From the NCBI GenBank assembly GCA_035719345.1, contig DASTGH010000394.1:39647-103646 (forward strand): a DNA stretch of 64,000 bases. The letters are read 5' to 3'. This document shows positions 53,540 to 64,000 of the stretch, in pieces. The notes under the pieces are model-generated. The model ran no database searches and was not told the origin of the DNA. It saw only the letters and a list, made by a program, of their open reading frames with translations. The DNA comes from Anaeromyxobacteraceae bacterium (GTDB taxonomy: Bacteria > Myxococcota > Myxococcia > Myxococcales > Anaeromyxobacteraceae). Every line of letters begins with the position of its first letter. The stretch's first letter is position 1. A program made the position numbers and the translations under genes.

Positions 53540-54316
53540 CTAGACCGCCGTCCCCTTCCCCCACTTGAGCCGGTCCATGATCGGCCCGATGAGGTCGATG
53601 GGCAGCGGGAAGATGATGGTGTTCGTCTTCTCGGTCGAGATCTCGATGAGCGTTTGAAGATACCGGAGCTGCATCGCGCCGGGCGAGCGGGCGATGACGT
53701 CGGCCGCGGCGCCGAGCTTCTCCGCGGCCTGGAACTCGCCCTCGGCGCTGATGATCTTGGAGCGGCGCTCGCGCTCCGCCTCCGCCTGCCGGGCCATCGC
53801 CCGCCGCATCTCGTCGGGCAGGTCCACCTGCTTCACCTCGACCGCCGTCACCTTCACGCCCCACGGCTCGGTGTGGCGGTCGATGATCTCCTGCAGCTGG
53901 CGGTTGATCTTGTCGCGCTGCGAGAGGAGGTCGTCCATCTCCACCTGGCCCAGCACGGAGCGGAGCGTCGTCTGCGCGAACTGGCTCGTGGCGAAGAGGA
54001 AGTCGGTCACCTGCAGGAACGCGCGATCGGCCTGGACCACGCGGAAGTAGATGACCGCGTTCACCTTCACGGACACGTTGTCGCGGGTGATGACGTCCTG
54101 CGGCGGCACCTGCTCGGCGGTGACGCGCATGTCGATGATGATCATGCGGTCGATGAAGGGGACGATCCACTTCAGCCCCGCCGTCTTCATCCCGACGAAG
54201 CGGCCGAGGCGCAGCACCACGCCCTGCTCGTACTCGTTCACGACGCGCAGCCCCATCGCGAACCAGAGCGCGATCAGGATGAACGGCACGAAGACGCCGA
54301 GCGAGGCCGGGATCAT
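53540..54316 (-). CDS. SPFH/stomatin-like (slipin) protein
   Basis: 'QDVITRDNV', 'AQTTLRSVLG', 'QAEAERERR', 'QLRYLQTL'. Confidence 0.94.
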   Translation of the reverse strand: MIPASLGVFVPFILIALWFAMGLRVVNEYEQGVVLRLGRFVGMKTAGLKWIVPFIDRMIIIDMRVTAEQVPPQDVITRDNVSVKVNAVIYFRVVQADRAFLQVTDFLFATSQFAQTTLRSVLGQVEMDDLLSQRDKINRQLQEIIDRHTEPWGVKVTAVEVKQVDLPDEMRRAMARQAEAERERRSKIISAEGEFQAAEKLGAAADVIARSPGAMQLRYLQTLIEISTEKTNTIIFPLPIDLIGPIMDRLKWGKGTAV

Positions 54317-54362
54317 GACGTTTCCTCTCGGTGAGCGCCCGGGCGGGCGCGCGGGGCCTCTT

Positions 54363-55745
54363 CTAGCGCGTCGCGTCGGCGTCCGCCACGACCGTGAGCA
54401 CCAGCCCGCTCACCGCCGAGACGCGCACGCGCGCGCCGCGCGGCAGCGGCGAGGCCGACTCCGCCCGCCAGTACTCGCCGTGCACGAAGACCTCGCCGCC
54501 CGCGGGGCCGATCTCGGAGAGCGCCTCGCCCACCTCGCCCACGAGCCCCTGCGGCCCGAGGCGGAGCGGCTCGCGCCGCGAGCTCCCCACCTTCCAGGCG
54601 ACGAACCCGAGGACGGCCGCGAGCGCGATGGGCGTCGGCCACACCACCAGCGGCGAGAGCGTGAAGGCCGCCGGGTCGAAGTGGTAGTCCGGCGAGCTCT
54701 TGTCGATGAACAGCAGCGTCCCCACCACGACGCAGATCGCCCCGGCGCCGCCGGCGACGCCGTGGGTGGTGGCGTAGCCCTCGACCACGAGCAGCCCCAC
54801 GCCCGCGGCGAGCAGGAGCACGGCCCCGATGTTCACCGGGATGACCCGCATGGCGAGGAAGGCGAGGAAGAGGCAGAGCGCCCCGGCGATGCCTGGGAAG
54901 AGGGAACCCGGGTGGTAGAGCTCGAGCGCGATGCCGAGCGTCCCGATGAGCATGAGCACCGCGGCGACGTTGGGGTTGGAGAGGAAGGCCAGCGTCCGCT
55001 GGCGGATGGTCATCTCCAGCGGCTCGAGGCGGGCCCCCTTGCCGCGGAACGCGACCTTCTTCCCGGCGACGTCGATGAGCTTGCCGTCGGCGGCGGCGAG
55101 CAGCGCCGGCAGGTCGGGCGCGATCAGGTCCACCACCTTGAGCTTCGCCGCCTGCTCGGCGGTGACGCTCACGCTCTCGCGGACGGCCTTCTCCGCCCAG
55201 TCCTCGTTGCGGCCGCGCTGCGCGGCGATGCTGCGGGCGAAGGCGGCGGCGTCGTTCTCGACCTTCCTCGCCATGTCCTTCCCGGCCTCGTGCTCGACGT
55301 CGCCGCCGGAGCCGGTGACCGGGTGCGCGGCGCCGATGTTGGAGGCCGGGTGCATGCCGGCCACGTGCGCCGCCATCGTGATGAACACGCCCGCCGAGCC
55401 GGCGCGCGCGCCCGCCGGGCCGACCCAGACGGCGACCGGCACCTCGGAGGCGAGCATGCGGCCGACGATCTCGCGGGTGGCGTCGAGCAGCCCGCCCGGT
55501 GTGTCGAGCGTGATGGCGACGGCGTCCCACCGCTCGTCCCGCGCCTTCTTCAGCCCGGCCTCGATGTACTCGGCCACGCCGCCGGTGATGGCGTCGTCGA
55601 CGGTCAGGTGGAGCACGCGCGGCCCCGCCCCCGGCTCGGGCGTCGGGGCGGCCAGGGAGGCGAGCGCGGCGAGCGCGCAGCCGAGGAGCGCCGCGGCGCG
55701 CGCGCTCCGCGCCAGGGACAGGGCTCGACGCCGGAAGCGCTGCAT
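54363..55745 (-). CDS. nfeD: NfeD membrane-bound serine protease
   Basis: 'LDTPGGL', 'AGSAG', 'IGAAHPV', 'VRES.S', C-terminal 'VFVHGEYW'; next to the slipin gene. Confidence 0.92.
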   Translation of the reverse strand: MQRFRRRALSLARSARAAALLGCALAALASLAAPTPEPGAGPRVLHLTVDDAITGGVAEYIEAGLKKARDERWDAVAITLDTPGGLLDATREIVGRMLASEVPVAVWVGPAGARAGSAGVFITMAAHVAGMHPASNIGAAHPVTGSGGDVEHEAGKDMARKVENDAAAFARSIAAQRGRNEDWAEKAVRESVSVTAEQAAKLKVVDLIAPDLPALLAAADGKLIDVAGKKVAFRGKGARLEPLEMTIRQRTLAFLSNPNVAAVLMLIGTLGIALELYHPGSLFPGIAGALCLFLAFLAMRVIPVNIGAVLLLAAGVGLLVVEGYATTHGVAGGAGAICVVVGTLLFIDKSSPDYHFDPAAFTLSPLVVWPTPIALAAVLGFVAWKVGSSRREPLRLGPQGLVGEVGEALSEIGPAGGEVFVHGEYWRAESASPLPRGARVRVSAVSGLVLTVVADADATR

Positions 55746-55750
55746 GGTGC

Positions 55751-56614
55751 TCACCTCGCGGGGGGCTTCCCGAACTCGCGCATGACGAGCTGCAGATCCT
55801 CCCACGCCTTCTTCTTCTCGGGCGGGTTGCGCAGGAGGTAGGCGGGGTGGAAGGTGGGCATGAGCTTCACGCCCTCGTAGCTGCGCCAGCGCCCGCGCTG
55901 GCGGGAGATGGGGGTGCCGTCGCGCAGCAGCGTCTGCACCGCGAACCGACCGAGCGCGACGATCACCTTCGGCTTCACGGCGGCGATCTGCGCCTTGAGG
56001 AACGGCTCGCAGGCCTCGATCTCGTCCGGCTCCGGATCGCGGTTCCCGGGCGGCCGGCACTTCACCACGTTCGCGATGTAGACCTCCTCGCGGCGGAAGC
56101 CCATCGCCTCGATCATCTTCGTGAGGAGCTGGCCGGCCTTGCCCACGAACGGCTCGCCCTGCACGTCCTCGTCGGCGCCCGGGCCCTCGCCCACGAACAT
56201 GAGCTCGGCGGAGGGGTCCCCGACCCCGAAGACGAGCTTCGTCCGCCCCCCGGCCAGCTTGCAGCGCGTGCAGTCGCCGATCTCGCGGCGGACGGCGAGG
56301 AGGCCGTCGGAGCCGCAGCCCTTGTCGGTGAGGGCGTAGGGGCTGGCGGCGCCCGCGCCCTCTTCCCGGCCCTCCCCCGCGGTGTTCAGCCGGCGCATGC
56401 CGGCTGAACCGGGGCGGAGAGGGACTGTGGGCGCGGACGCGTCCACAGCCCCGGGGGAGGGGGCCTGAGCCCGACCTCCACGCTCGCCGGCGGCCGACGG
56501 GGTCTCCGCCCGCACCTCCGTCACGCCCGCATCCCGGAGCCACTCCAGGTGCCGGCGCGCATCCGCCAGGATCTCCGCCATGACCGCGGTGCTCTCGTGT
56601 GCGCGCTTGCTCAC
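55751..56614 (-). CDS. Uracil-DNA glycosylase family 4
   Basis: 'CTRCKL', 'GEGPGADED', 'PFVG.AG', '[10 protein letters not shown]', 'TFHPAYLLR'. Confidence 0.95.
   Translation of the reverse strand: MSKRAHESTAVMAEILADARRHLEWLRDAGVTEVRAETPSAAGERGGRAQAPSPGAVDASAPTVPLRPGSAGMRRLNTAGEGREEGAGAASPYALTDKGCGSDGLLAVRREIGDCTRCKLAGGRTKLVFGVGDPSAELMFVGEGPGADEDVQGEPFVGKAGQLLTKMIEAMGFRREEVYIANVVKCRPPGNRDPEPDEIEACEPFLKAQIAAVKPKVIVALGRFAVQTLLRDGTPISRQRGRWRSYEGVKLMPTFHPAYLLRNPPEKKKAWEDLQLVMREFGKPPAR
56358..56423. repeat. Family-B palindromic element within the UDG N-terminal linker
   Basis: CCCTCTTCCCGGCCCTCCCCCGC...GTTCAGCCGGC-gcat-GCCGGCTGAAC...GCGGAGAGGG; same start as 44317. Confidence 0.6.
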
Positions 56615-56682
56615 CCTTCCCTCGCCTTCGTGCGGGTTCAGCCGTTGCTCGCCCCGCGGGCGATCCCTAGACTCCGCCGCCC

Positions 56683-57630
56683 ATGAGCGCCCAACTCCTC
56701 CGCGTCGCCGTCCCGCTCGCCCTGGGCGGCGTCGCGCTCGCGCTGCTCGTCGTGCCCTCGCCGGCGCTGGCGTGGGGCCCCATGGCCCACCTCGGGTTCG
56801 GCGTCGAGGCGCTCTCGCGGCTCGCCAGCGTCCCCGCGCCCACGCGGTCGCTGCTGTCCGAGCTCGGAAACGAGTTCCTCTACGGCTCCCTCGCCGCCGA
56901 CATCGTGGTGGGCAAGAACCTCGCGCCGTACGTCTACCATTGTCACAACTGGCGCGTGGGCTTCAACGTGCTCTCCGCCGCGCGCGACGCCGCGGAGCGC
57001 GCCTTCGGGCTCGGCTTCCTCGCCCACCTCGCCGCCGACACCGTCGCGCACAACTACTACGTCCCGTACCAGACGGTCTCCTCCTTCCACACGCCGAGCA
57101 CCGGGCACGCCTACTGGGAGCTGCGCTACGACCAGCGCATGGACCGCGACCTCTCGCGCGTCGCCCGCGAGGTGTCCGCGCCCGCCTACCGCGGGCACGA
57201 CGCGTTCCTCCGCCGCGCCATGCCGCGGCGCGCCTCGGTCCTGCCCTTCCCCGTGACCCGCACCCTCTTCGGCTCGATGCTGGCGAGCGCGCGCAGCGGC
57301 CGCTTCCAGGCCTTCTCGCGGGGCGTGCTCGCCCCGCACCGGCACCTGCCGCTCGAGGCCGACCTCCTCGACGACGCGCGCGAGCTGGCGGTGGACGCCA
57401 TCCTCGGCCTGCTCACCGAGGGCGAGCGCTGCCCGGCGGCGCGCGCCGACGCCACCGGGGCGAAGGCGCTCCGGTCGGCGGCCCGCCTGCGCCGCTCGCT
57501 CGCGGCGCAGCACGAGCGGCTCCCGCTGGCGCTGGCGCGCGAGGTGACGCTGGAGGCGCGCGAGAGCTTCCGGCGCGGCCTCGCCGGGCCGCTCGAGCTG
57601 CCGCCGGGCCTGCGGCGGATGGCCGCCTAG
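56683..57630 (+). CDS. Zinc-dependent phospholipase C family protein
   Basis: Signal peptide then 'WGPMAH', 'GSLAAD', '[14 protein letters not shown]', 'HAYWE'. Confidence 0.85.
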   Translation: MSAQLLRVAVPLALGGVALALLVVPSPALAWGPMAHLGFGVEALSRLASVPAPTRSLLSELGNEFLYGSLAADIVVGKNLAPYVYHCHNWRVGFNVLSAARDAAERAFGLGFLAHLAADTVAHNYYVPYQTVSSFHTPSTGHAYWELRYDQRMDRDLSRVAREVSAPAYRGHDAFLRRAMPRRASVLPFPVTRTLFGSMLASARSGRFQAFSRGVLAPHRHLPLEADLLDDARELAVDAILGLLTEGERCPAARADATGAKALRSAARLRRSLAAQHERLPLALAREVTLEARESFRRGLAGPLELPPGLRRMAA

Positions 57631-57633
57631 ACG

Positions 57634-58857
57634 CTACCCCGACCGCGGCCGCCGCTCCTCCAGCACCGGCACCACCCAGTCGAGGATCGCCTCGGCGACC
57701 TCCTCCTTCGTGCCCTGGATGTTGGCGCGCTCGCCGGGGCCGACCAGCGTCACGCGGTTGCGGTCGCTGGCGAAGCCCTGGCCCGGCTTCCCCACCTTGT
57801 TGGCGACGACGAGGTCGCACCGCTTCGACGCCAGCTTCCTGCGCGCGTTGTCGAGGAGCGCCTCGGTCTCGGCCGCGAAGCCGACGAGGATGGGCGACCC
57901 GCTCCGTCCGCCGAAGCGCCGCCCCAGGCCGGCCAGGATGTCCGGCGTGCGCGTCAGCACCACCTCCTCGTCCTCGTCCCCCTTCTTCTTCTTCGAGGCG
58001 GACGCGGTGCGGGGGCGGAAGTCCGACACCGCCGCGGCGCCCACGAAGACGTCGAGGTCGCCGGCGGCGTCGTCCACCGCGCGCGCCATCTCCTCGGCGG
58101 TGGAGACGCGCACCGTCCGCACGCCCGTCGGGTCCGCCAGCTCCACCGGGCCGGAGACGAGCACCACCTCGGCGCCGCGCCGGGCGGCCACGCGCGCCAG
58201 GGCGTAGCCCATCTTCCCGGTCGAGGGGTTCGAGATGAAGCGCACCGGGTCGAGCGGCTCGCGCGTCGGCCCGGCCGTCACCACCACCTTGCGGCCGACG
58301 AGGTCGCGCGGGCCGAGGAGCCGCGCCGCCGCGGCGGCGATGTCCTCCGGCTCCGCCAGCCGTCCCTCGCCCACGTCGCCGTCGGCGAGGGCGCCCGCCT
58401 CGGGGCCGACGACGTGCCAGCCGCGCCGCGCCAGCTCCTTCACGTTGTCGCGGACCGGCGCGCTCGACCACATGCGGGTGTTCATGGCCGGCGCCAGCAG
58501 GAGGGGCCCCTCGCAGGCGAGCGCGGTCGTGGTCACGGCGTCGTCGGCCATCCCGGCCCTGAGCCGCGCCACGAGGTCGGCAGTGGCGGGCGCGATGACG
58601 ATCAGGTCCGCGGCGCGCGCCAGCGCCAGGTGGCCGTAGGCCTGGTCGGCGGCGGGGTCGAGGAGGTCGACGAGCACGGGGTGGCCCGTCAGCGCCTGGA
58701 AGGTGAGCGGGCCGACGAAGCGCGTCGCCGCCGGCGTCATCGCCACCCGCACCTGGCCGCCGCCCTTCACGAACAGGCGCGCCAGCTCGCACGCCTTGTA
58801 CGCGGCGATGCCGCCGCCGACGCCGAGGACGATGGTCCGGCCGCTGAACTCGTTCAT
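57634..58857 (-). CDS. coaBC: Phosphopantothenoylcysteine decarboxylase/ligase
   Basis: 'GGIAAYK', 'APAMN..M', 'TAGPTRE.LDPVR.ISNPSTGKMG', 'AAVSDF', 'VGFAAET'. Confidence 0.96.
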   Translation of the reverse strand: MNEFSGRTIVLGVGGGIAAYKACELARLFVKGGGQVRVAMTPAATRFVGPLTFQALTGHPVLVDLLDPAADQAYGHLALARAADLIVIAPATADLVARLRAGMADDAVTTTALACEGPLLLAPAMNTRMWSSAPVRDNVKELARRGWHVVGPEAGALADGDVGEGRLAEPEDIAAAAARLLGPRDLVGRKVVVTAGPTREPLDPVRFISNPSTGKMGYALARVAARRGAEVVLVSGPVELADPTGVRTVRVSTAEEMARAVDDAAGDLDVFVGAAAVSDFRPRTASASKKKKGDEDEEVVLTRTPDILAGLGRRFGGRSGSPILVGFAAETEALLDNARRKLASKRCDLVVANKVGKPGQGFASDRNRVTLVGPGERANIQGTKEEVAEAILDWVVPVLEERRPRSG

Positions 58858-58945
58858 GGCCGCGGAGTGTACAGGCAGGCCGCCGCCTTGTCCGCTGCGC
58901 TGCCCGCCCCGTCGGATGCGGTCGCCCACACCCGGCCCCGGGCCT

Positions 58946-59977
58946 ATGATCGGGGAAGCCTTGGACCTCGGTCCGGACCACTTCGATGCGCCGCCCGGCT
59001 CGGCGGTGCCCGCCGAGGACCCGCCGCCACCGGCGCCGCCCCCGCCGTCGAAGAGCGGGCTCGCGTTCTTCGGGGTGGTCCTGGCGCTCTTCGTGGGCCC
59101 CGGCTCGATCGCGCAGGTCGGAAATCCCCTCCTGGGCTTCACCTGGAGTGGCCTGTTCGGGCTGCTCCTGCCGTCGGTGCTCGCGGCCTCGGCCTCGAAC
59201 CTCGACGCGCGGCGCGCGCTCTCCCTGGCACGCCGGCCGGCGCCGCGGCTCCTCGGGCTCGCCGTCCTGGTGGGCGTGGCCGGCTCGTTCGCCGCCGGCG
59301 CGCTCATGGCGCTCGGCTCCCTGGTGCTGCCCCGGCGCTGGCTCGAGCTGTTCGACGCGGTGACTCACCTCTTCGACCGCCCGCGCGGCGAGAAGATCGC
59401 GCTGGCGCTCCTGGCCGCCACCCTGGCGCCGTTCTGGGAGGAGGTGGCGTTCCGCGGCTGGCTCCTCACCGCGCTGCGCACGCGGCTGCGCACGGGGGCG
59501 GCGCTCGCCTTCTCCGGGCTGCTCTTCGCGCTCATGCACCTCGACCCGGTCCGCTTCCCGGCGCTGGTCGCGCTCGGCATCGCCTTCGCGTGGCTCACCT
59601 GGCGCTCCGGCTCGCTCTGGCCGGCGGTGGTGGCGCACGGCACGAACAACGCGCTCGGCCTGGCGCTCACCGCCACGGGCTCGGCCACGACCAGCCTCTC
59701 CCAGCTGCGCCAGGATCCGTGGCAGGTGCTCTCCTTCGCGCTGCCGCTGCTCGCGTTCGGCGTCTCGGCGCTCGCGCTCGTGCTGGCCGCCTTCCGCCGG
59801 GCGACGCCGCAGCCGCCGCCGCTCGAGGACCTGCTCGTGCGGCGCGACCCCGGTGCCTCCACCGCGTTCCGGCTGGAGCGCGCCGGGCGGCGCTTCGCCG
59901 TGGCCGCGGTCGCGGCGGTGCTCACCTGGCTCCCGCTCGCCGCGCTCGCCGCCCGCCACGTGCCGCGGAGGCGCTGA
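58946..59977 (+). CDS. CPBP/Abi (CAAX) intramembrane metalloprotease
   Basis: 'EEVAFRG', 'FALMH', 'AHGTNN'. Confidence 0.88.
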   Translation: MIGEALDLGPDHFDAPPGSAVPAEDPPPPAPPPPSKSGLAFFGVVLALFVGPGSIAQVGNPLLGFTWSGLFGLLLPSVLAASASNLDARRALSLARRPAPRLLGLAVLVGVAGSFAAGALMALGSLVLPRRWLELFDAVTHLFDRPRGEKIALALLAATLAPFWEEVAFRGWLLTALRTRLRTGAALAFSGLLFALMHLDPVRFPALVALGIAFAWLTWRSGSLWPAVVAHGTNNALGLALTATGSATTSLSQLRQDPWQVLSFALPLLAFGVSALALVLAAFRRATPQPPPLEDLLVRRDPGASTAFRLERAGRRFAVAAVAAVLTWLPLAALAARHVPRRR

Positions 59978-60032
59978 CGGCGGCGTGCCGCGGCAGCGGC
60001 GCCCGGCCGGGAGCGGTGTTACCGTCCGGCGC

Positions 60033-60779
60033 GTGACGCCCACCGCGCTCGCCGTGCTCTCGCTCGCCGCCTTCGGCGGCGGCGCGCTCAACGCCGTGGC
60101 CGGGGGCGGCAGCTTCCTCACCTTTCCCGCGCTCGTCTTCGGCGGCGCGCCCCCCATCGCCGCCAACGCCACCGGCACGGTGGCGCTCCTCCCCGGCTAC
60201 GCCTCGGGCACCTGGGGCTTCCGCGAGGACCTGCGGGCGCCGCCGGGGCTCTCGCTCGGAGCCCTGCTCCTGCTCTCGCTGGCCGGCGGCGCCGTGGGCG
60301 CGGCGCTCCTGCTCGCCACGCCGGCGCCGGCGTTCCGACGCATCGTGCCCTGGCTCCTGCTGGCGGCCACGGCGATCTTCGCGCTCGCGCCGCGGCTGGT
60401 GCGGGCGGCGCGCCGGGGACGGCCGGGGCGGCGCGGCGCGGCGGCGGGCGTGCTCGTCGTCTCCGTGTACGGCGGCTACTTCAACGGCGGCCTGGGCGTG
60501 CTCCTCCTGGCGCTGTTCGCCCTCCTCGGCCACGAGGACCTGAACGCGATGAACGGGCTCAAGAACCTCCTCTCGCTGGCGCTGGGCGCGATCGCGGTCG
60601 CCCTCTACGCGGCCGGCGGCGTCGTCCTCTGGCGCGAGGCGGGGGTGATGATGGCCGGGACGGCGCTCGGCGGGTACCTCGGCGCGCGCGCGGCGCGGCG
60701 CGTCCCGCCGCCGGTGCTGCGCGCCGGCATCGTGGCGACGGGCCTCGTCATGGCGGCGCTCTTCTTCCTGCGCGCGTGA
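60033..60779 (+). CDS. TauE/SafE sulfite exporter family
   Basis: 'NAVAGGGSFLTFP', 'ANAT', 'YGGYFNGGLG', 'NGLKN'. Confidence 0.9.
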   Translation: MTPTALAVLSLAAFGGGALNAVAGGGSFLTFPALVFGGAPPIAANATGTVALLPGYASGTWGFREDLRAPPGLSLGALLLLSLAGGAVGAALLLATPAPAFRRIVPWLLLAATAIFALAPRLVRAARRGRPGRRGAAAGVLVVSVYGGYFNGGLGVLLLALFALLGHEDLNAMNGLKNLLSLALGAIAVALYAAGGVVLWREAGVMMAGTALGGYLGARAARRVPPPVLRAGIVATGLVMAALFFLRA

Positions 60780-60987
60780 GGCGCCCGTCGGCCGGCGCGC
60801 GGTCCCCCGGTGCCCCTCTCCCGCTCCACCTGATCTGGATCACGGGTCCCGGAGACCCATGTCACTCGACTCCAGGTCCCTGTTTTCCCTCCGTCAAAAA
60901 CCGCCTACCCCATTGCGCGGCTCCGGGCCGAGACGCACCGTCGACATGGACAGGATGTCGCATCGGCGACGCCTCGGGGAGGAAGCC

Positions 60988-61626
60988 ATGGACCGACTGA
61001 CGAATCGCCTCGATCGCCTCGAGGAGCGCGCCGCCGCGTGGATGGCGGGACACGGGATGGCGCTGCTGCGCGTGAGCATGGGGGTCATCTTCTTCTGGTT
61101 CGGCGTCCTCAAGTTCTTCCCCAGCCTCAGCCCGGCCGAGGACCTCGCCGGCCGCACCATCTCCGTCCTCACCTTCGGCCTCGTCGACCCGTCGCTGTCG
61201 CTGCCGGTCCTCGCCGCGTGGGAGTGCGCCATCGGCCTCGCGTTCATGACGGGCCGCTTCATGCGCGCCGGCGTCGTCCTCCTCTTCGCGCAGATGGCGG
61301 GCACGTTCCTGCCGCTCGTCTTCTTCCCGGCGGAGGCGTGGACGCGCGCGCCCTACGCGGCGACGCTCGAGGGCCAGTACATCATCAAGAACCTGGTGCT
61401 GGTGAGCGCCGGCCTCGTCCTCGGCGCGACCGTCCGCGGCTACGAGCTGCGTCCGGCGCAGGCGGCGCCGGCGCCCCGCCCCGTGCTCCCGGTCCTGGCC
61501 AGCGCGCCCGTGCTGTGCGCGGCGCCGGCCTCGCACTGCCGCGTCCTGCCGGTCGACGCCGCCGCGCTGCCGCCCGCGGTGCGCGAGGCGTTCCTGCAGA
61601 TCCAGAAGGACCACGCGCGCGCGTGA
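60988..61626 (+). CDS. DoxX family membrane protein
   Basis: 'LRVSMG..FFWFG.LKFF..LSPAE', 'EGQYIIKN'. Confidence 0.85.
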   Translation: MDRLTNRLDRLEERAAAWMAGHGMALLRVSMGVIFFWFGVLKFFPSLSPAEDLAGRTISVLTFGLVDPSLSLPVLAAWECAIGLAFMTGRFMRAGVVLLFAQMAGTFLPLVFFPAEAWTRAPYAATLEGQYIIKNLVLVSAGLVLGATVRGYELRPAQAAPAPRPVLPVLASAPVLCAAPASHCRVLPVDAAALPPAVREAFLQIQKDHARA

Positions 61627-61791
61627 GGCGTGAGGCCGCTCGGGGGCGATGAGCCTCGCGATGGGGGGTCTCGGGGGGAGAGTTTCTCCCCCCGGACTGA
61701 GGCGCCGTGAGGCGCCGGAAGTCATGGCGGCGGACGTGAGCTGGGGGGATCACTGCAACCCGCCGCCGCCATGTGGCGGGGGCCGCGTCGG

Positions 61792-62685
61792 TCAGCGGCC
61801 CCCGCCGAGGAATCGCAGCAGCCGGTCGCAGGTGGCGTCGGGCACCTCCTCCGGCAGGTAGTGGCCGGCCGGCAGCGCCTCGCCGCGCACGTCCTCGGCC
61901 ACCTCGCGCCAGTCGTCGAGCGGCCGGAAGCAGCGGTGCACGACGCCGTTCGCGCCCCACAGCACCAGCAGCGGACAGGAGAGCCTCCGGCCGGCGTCGG
62001 CCGCGTCGTGCTCGAGGTCGATGGTGGCCGAGGCGCGGTAGTCCTCGCACATGGCGTGGAAGGCCGCCGGGTCGCGGAAGCAGCGCCGGTACTCGGCCAG
62101 CGCGCCCTCTGCGAACGGCAGGTCGCGCGTCCCCCAGCCGCCCAGCTTCTTCATGAGGTAGTAGTCCGGGTCGGCGCCGACGAGCCGCTCCGGCAGGTCG
62201 TGGGGCTGGATGAGGAAGAACCAGTGGTAGTAGAGGGTCGCGAAGCGCTGGTCGGTCGCCTGGTACATCCGCAGCGTGGGCGAGATGTCGAGCACCGCCA
62301 GCCGCTCCACCCGCTCGCCATGGTCGCGCGCCAGCCGGTGGGCGACCCGCCCGCCGCGGTCGTGGCCCACGAGCGCGAAGCGCCCGAAGCCGAGCGCGCC
62401 CATGACCTCCACCTGGTCCTGCGCCATGGCGCGCTTCGAGTACGGCGCGTGCCGCTCGTCGCTCGCCGGCCTGGCGCTGTCGCCGTAGCCGCGCAGGTCG
62501 GTCGCGACCACGGTGAAGCGCTCCGCCAGCCGCGGCGCGATGCGGTGCCAGATGGCGTGGGTCTGCGGGAAGCCGTGCAGCAGCAGCAGCGGCGGGCCGC
62601 TCCCGCCGACGACGCCGTGGATCTCGGCGCCCGACGTGCGGAAGCGCCGGACCTCGAAGCCGGGGAAGAGGGGATCGGCCGTCAC
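61792..62685 (-). CDS. Alpha/beta hydrolase, haloacetate (fluoroacetate) dehalogenase-like
   Basis: 'LLHGFPQTH', 'GHDRGGRV', 'YYHWFF', 'CEDYRA', 'GHYLPEE'. Confidence 0.9.
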   Translation of the reverse strand: MTADPLFPGFEVRRFRTSGAEIHGVVGGSGPPLLLLHGFPQTHAIWHRIAPRLAERFTVVATDLRGYGDSARPASDERHAPYSKRAMAQDQVEVMGALGFGRFALVGHDRGGRVAHRLARDHGERVERLAVLDISPTLRMYQATDQRFATLYYHWFFLIQPHDLPERLVGADPDYYLMKKLGGWGTRDLPFAEGALAEYRRCFRDPAAFHAMCEDYRASATIDLEHDAADAGRRLSCPLLVLWGANGVVHRCFRPLDDWREVAEDVRGEALPAGHYLPEEVPDATCDRLLRFLGGGR

Positions 62686-63014
62686 GCCTCGTCGAAGAGC
62701 TTGAGCGCGAGCGCGCCGTGGGTCGCCGCCGCGCCGGCGCGGAGCGCCGCCGCCAGGAACGCCACCTCCACCACCTCCTCGCGGGTGGCGCCGGCGCGCT
62801 TCGCGCCGCGCGTGTGCACGTCGAGGCAGTACGGGCACTGCGTGGTGCAGGCGACCCCGAGCGCGATGAGCTCGCGGTACTTCCTCGGGATCTTGCCGTC
62901 GTCGCGGCCGACGATGGAGTCGAGCTCGACGAACCCCTTGAACTCGGCGGGGGCGAGCTTCTTCATCTCGGCGAGCAGCTTCAGGTCCTCGGGGGAGTGG
63001 TAGTGCTGGGCCAC
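62682..63014 (-). CDS. Carboxymuconolactone decarboxylase / AhpD family
   Basis: 'KYRELIALGVA.TTQCPYCL..H', 'GAT.EE'. Confidence 0.9.
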   Translation of the reverse strand: MAQHYHSPEDLKLLAEMKKLAPAEFKGFVELDSIVGRDDGKIPRKYRELIALGVACTTQCPYCLDVHTRGAKRAGATREEVVEVAFLAAALRAGAAATHGALALKLFDEA

Positions 63015-63146
63015 GGGGTCTCCGCGCCGGGCCGCGGGAGAGGGTGAAGGCGGCGGCTCGCACCCGGCGTCCGCCGAGTCTGTCCGCCCCGGCGCCGCCG
63101 GATCGCGCACCAGGTGGGTCGCTCGCCCGACGCGGGCGGGCGCCCG

Positions 63147-64000
63147 CTAGGCGACGCGCCGGTAGACGAGGCACTTCAGATACCGCCCCTCCCTGAACTG
63201 CGGAGAGACGGGGTGGTCGGGCGGCTGCCGCCGCTCCTCGACGAGCTGCAGCTCGACGCGGGCCTTGAACGCGGCCTCCTTGACCGCGTCGTAGAACTGG
63301 TCGGCGGAGACGCGCGCGCTGCAGCTCGCGGTGACGAGCAGGCCCCCCGGCGCGAGCACGGCCAGCGCCGCGCGGTTGAGCGAGGCGTAGCCGGCCACCG
63401 CCGCCTCCACCGCCTTCTGACTCTTGGCGAACGCCGGCGGATCGCAGACGACGAGGTCGAAGCGGCGGCCCTCCCGCTTGTACCGGGCGAGGAGCTCGAA
63501 GGCGTCCTCGACCGCGAACGCGTGGTCGGCGGGGTCGAGGCCGTTCTCGCGGAAGATGTCGCGGGCGAGGGCGATCGCGTCGCGGTCCACGTCGACCGAG
63601 ACGACGTGCCGCGCGCCGCCGAGCGCGGCGGCCACCGAGAAGCCGCCCGTGTAGGAGAAGCAGTTGAGCGCCTCGGCGCGGCCGGACGCGAGCGCCCGCA
63701 CCAGGCGCCGGTTCTCGCGCTGGTCGAGGAAGGTGCCGGTCTTCTGCCCTCGCCGCACGTCCACCAGGAGCCGCGTCCCGTGCTCGTCGATGGCGATGCG
63801 CTCGGGCGGCTCCTCGCCCCACAGCACCCGCCCCTGCGCCGCCGCCTCGTCGTCCTCCTCGTCGTGCGGGATCTCGTCGCGCCCGTACACGCCGGCGAGG
63901 TCGCCGGCCGCCTCGCGCAGCGCCTCGACGATGGCGCCGCGGTGGGGGGTGAGGCCGGCCGAGTAGAGCTTCAGCACCGCGAACCGGTCGTAGCGATCGG
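63147..64000 (-). CDS. RlmI-like class I SAM-dependent rRNA methyltransferase (5' end outside window)
   Basis: 'GQKTG.FLDQRENR', 'NCFSYTGGFS', 'DPPAFA', 'SCS', 'YLKC'. Confidence 0.9.
   Translation of the reverse strand, partial: DRYDRFAVLKLYSAGLTPHRGAIVEALREAAGDLAGVYGRDEIPHDEEDDEAAAQGRVLWGEEPPERIAIDEHGTRLLVDVRRGQKTGTFLDQRENRRLVRALASGRAEALNCFSYTGGFSVAAALGGARHVVSVDVDRDAIALARDIFRENGLDPADHAFAVEDAFELLARYKREGRRFDLVVCDPPAFAKSQKAVEAAVAGYASLNRAALAVLAPGGLLVTASCSARVSADQFYDAVKEAAFKARVELQLVEERRQPPDHPVSPQFREGRYLKCLVYRRVA

Noticed and set aside
61627-61720. GCGTGAGGC repeats and GGGGGAGA/TCTCCCCC hairpin after the DoxX gene as an ncRNA
   Set aside because: Best explained as a REP-like or terminator hairpin between convergent genes.

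Overview
High-GC DNA whose gene content and style suggest Myxococcota (Anaeromyxobacter-like; inference). It has two halves. Positions 1-~23345 are a decayed genomic island integrated at the 3' end of an initiator tRNA-Met (23336-23409, minus strand). A broken large serine recombinase reads into the tRNA. Three more relics of a homologous recombinase-tail/att junction lie at ~1880-2013, ~12448-12501 and ~18076-18188, so the island looks like a tandem stack of related elements that integrated one after another at the same site. Cargo includes an FG-GAP lipoprotein split by an in-frame TAG, a MerR regulator preceded by a free copy of its own C-terminal domain, IS3-type end scars, a HEPN-like remnant, a cluster of small phage-like ORFs, a PrdB/GrdB-like selenoprotein with an in-frame TGA and SECIS-like hairpin, two kinase/receiver pairs, three exported hydrolases and a pRiA4b ORF-3 gene with an antitoxin-like N-terminus. 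Positions ~23410-64000 look like core chromosome: a metal ABC uptake operon led by a CxxC/QSPP leader ORF, lipid genes, two vWA lipoproteins, guaBA, miaB, scoAB/thiolase, nfeD-slipin, UDG, coaBC and rRNA methyltransferases, with REP-like palindromes inserted in-frame in several genes. All calls come from motif recognition by eye; no database searches were run.
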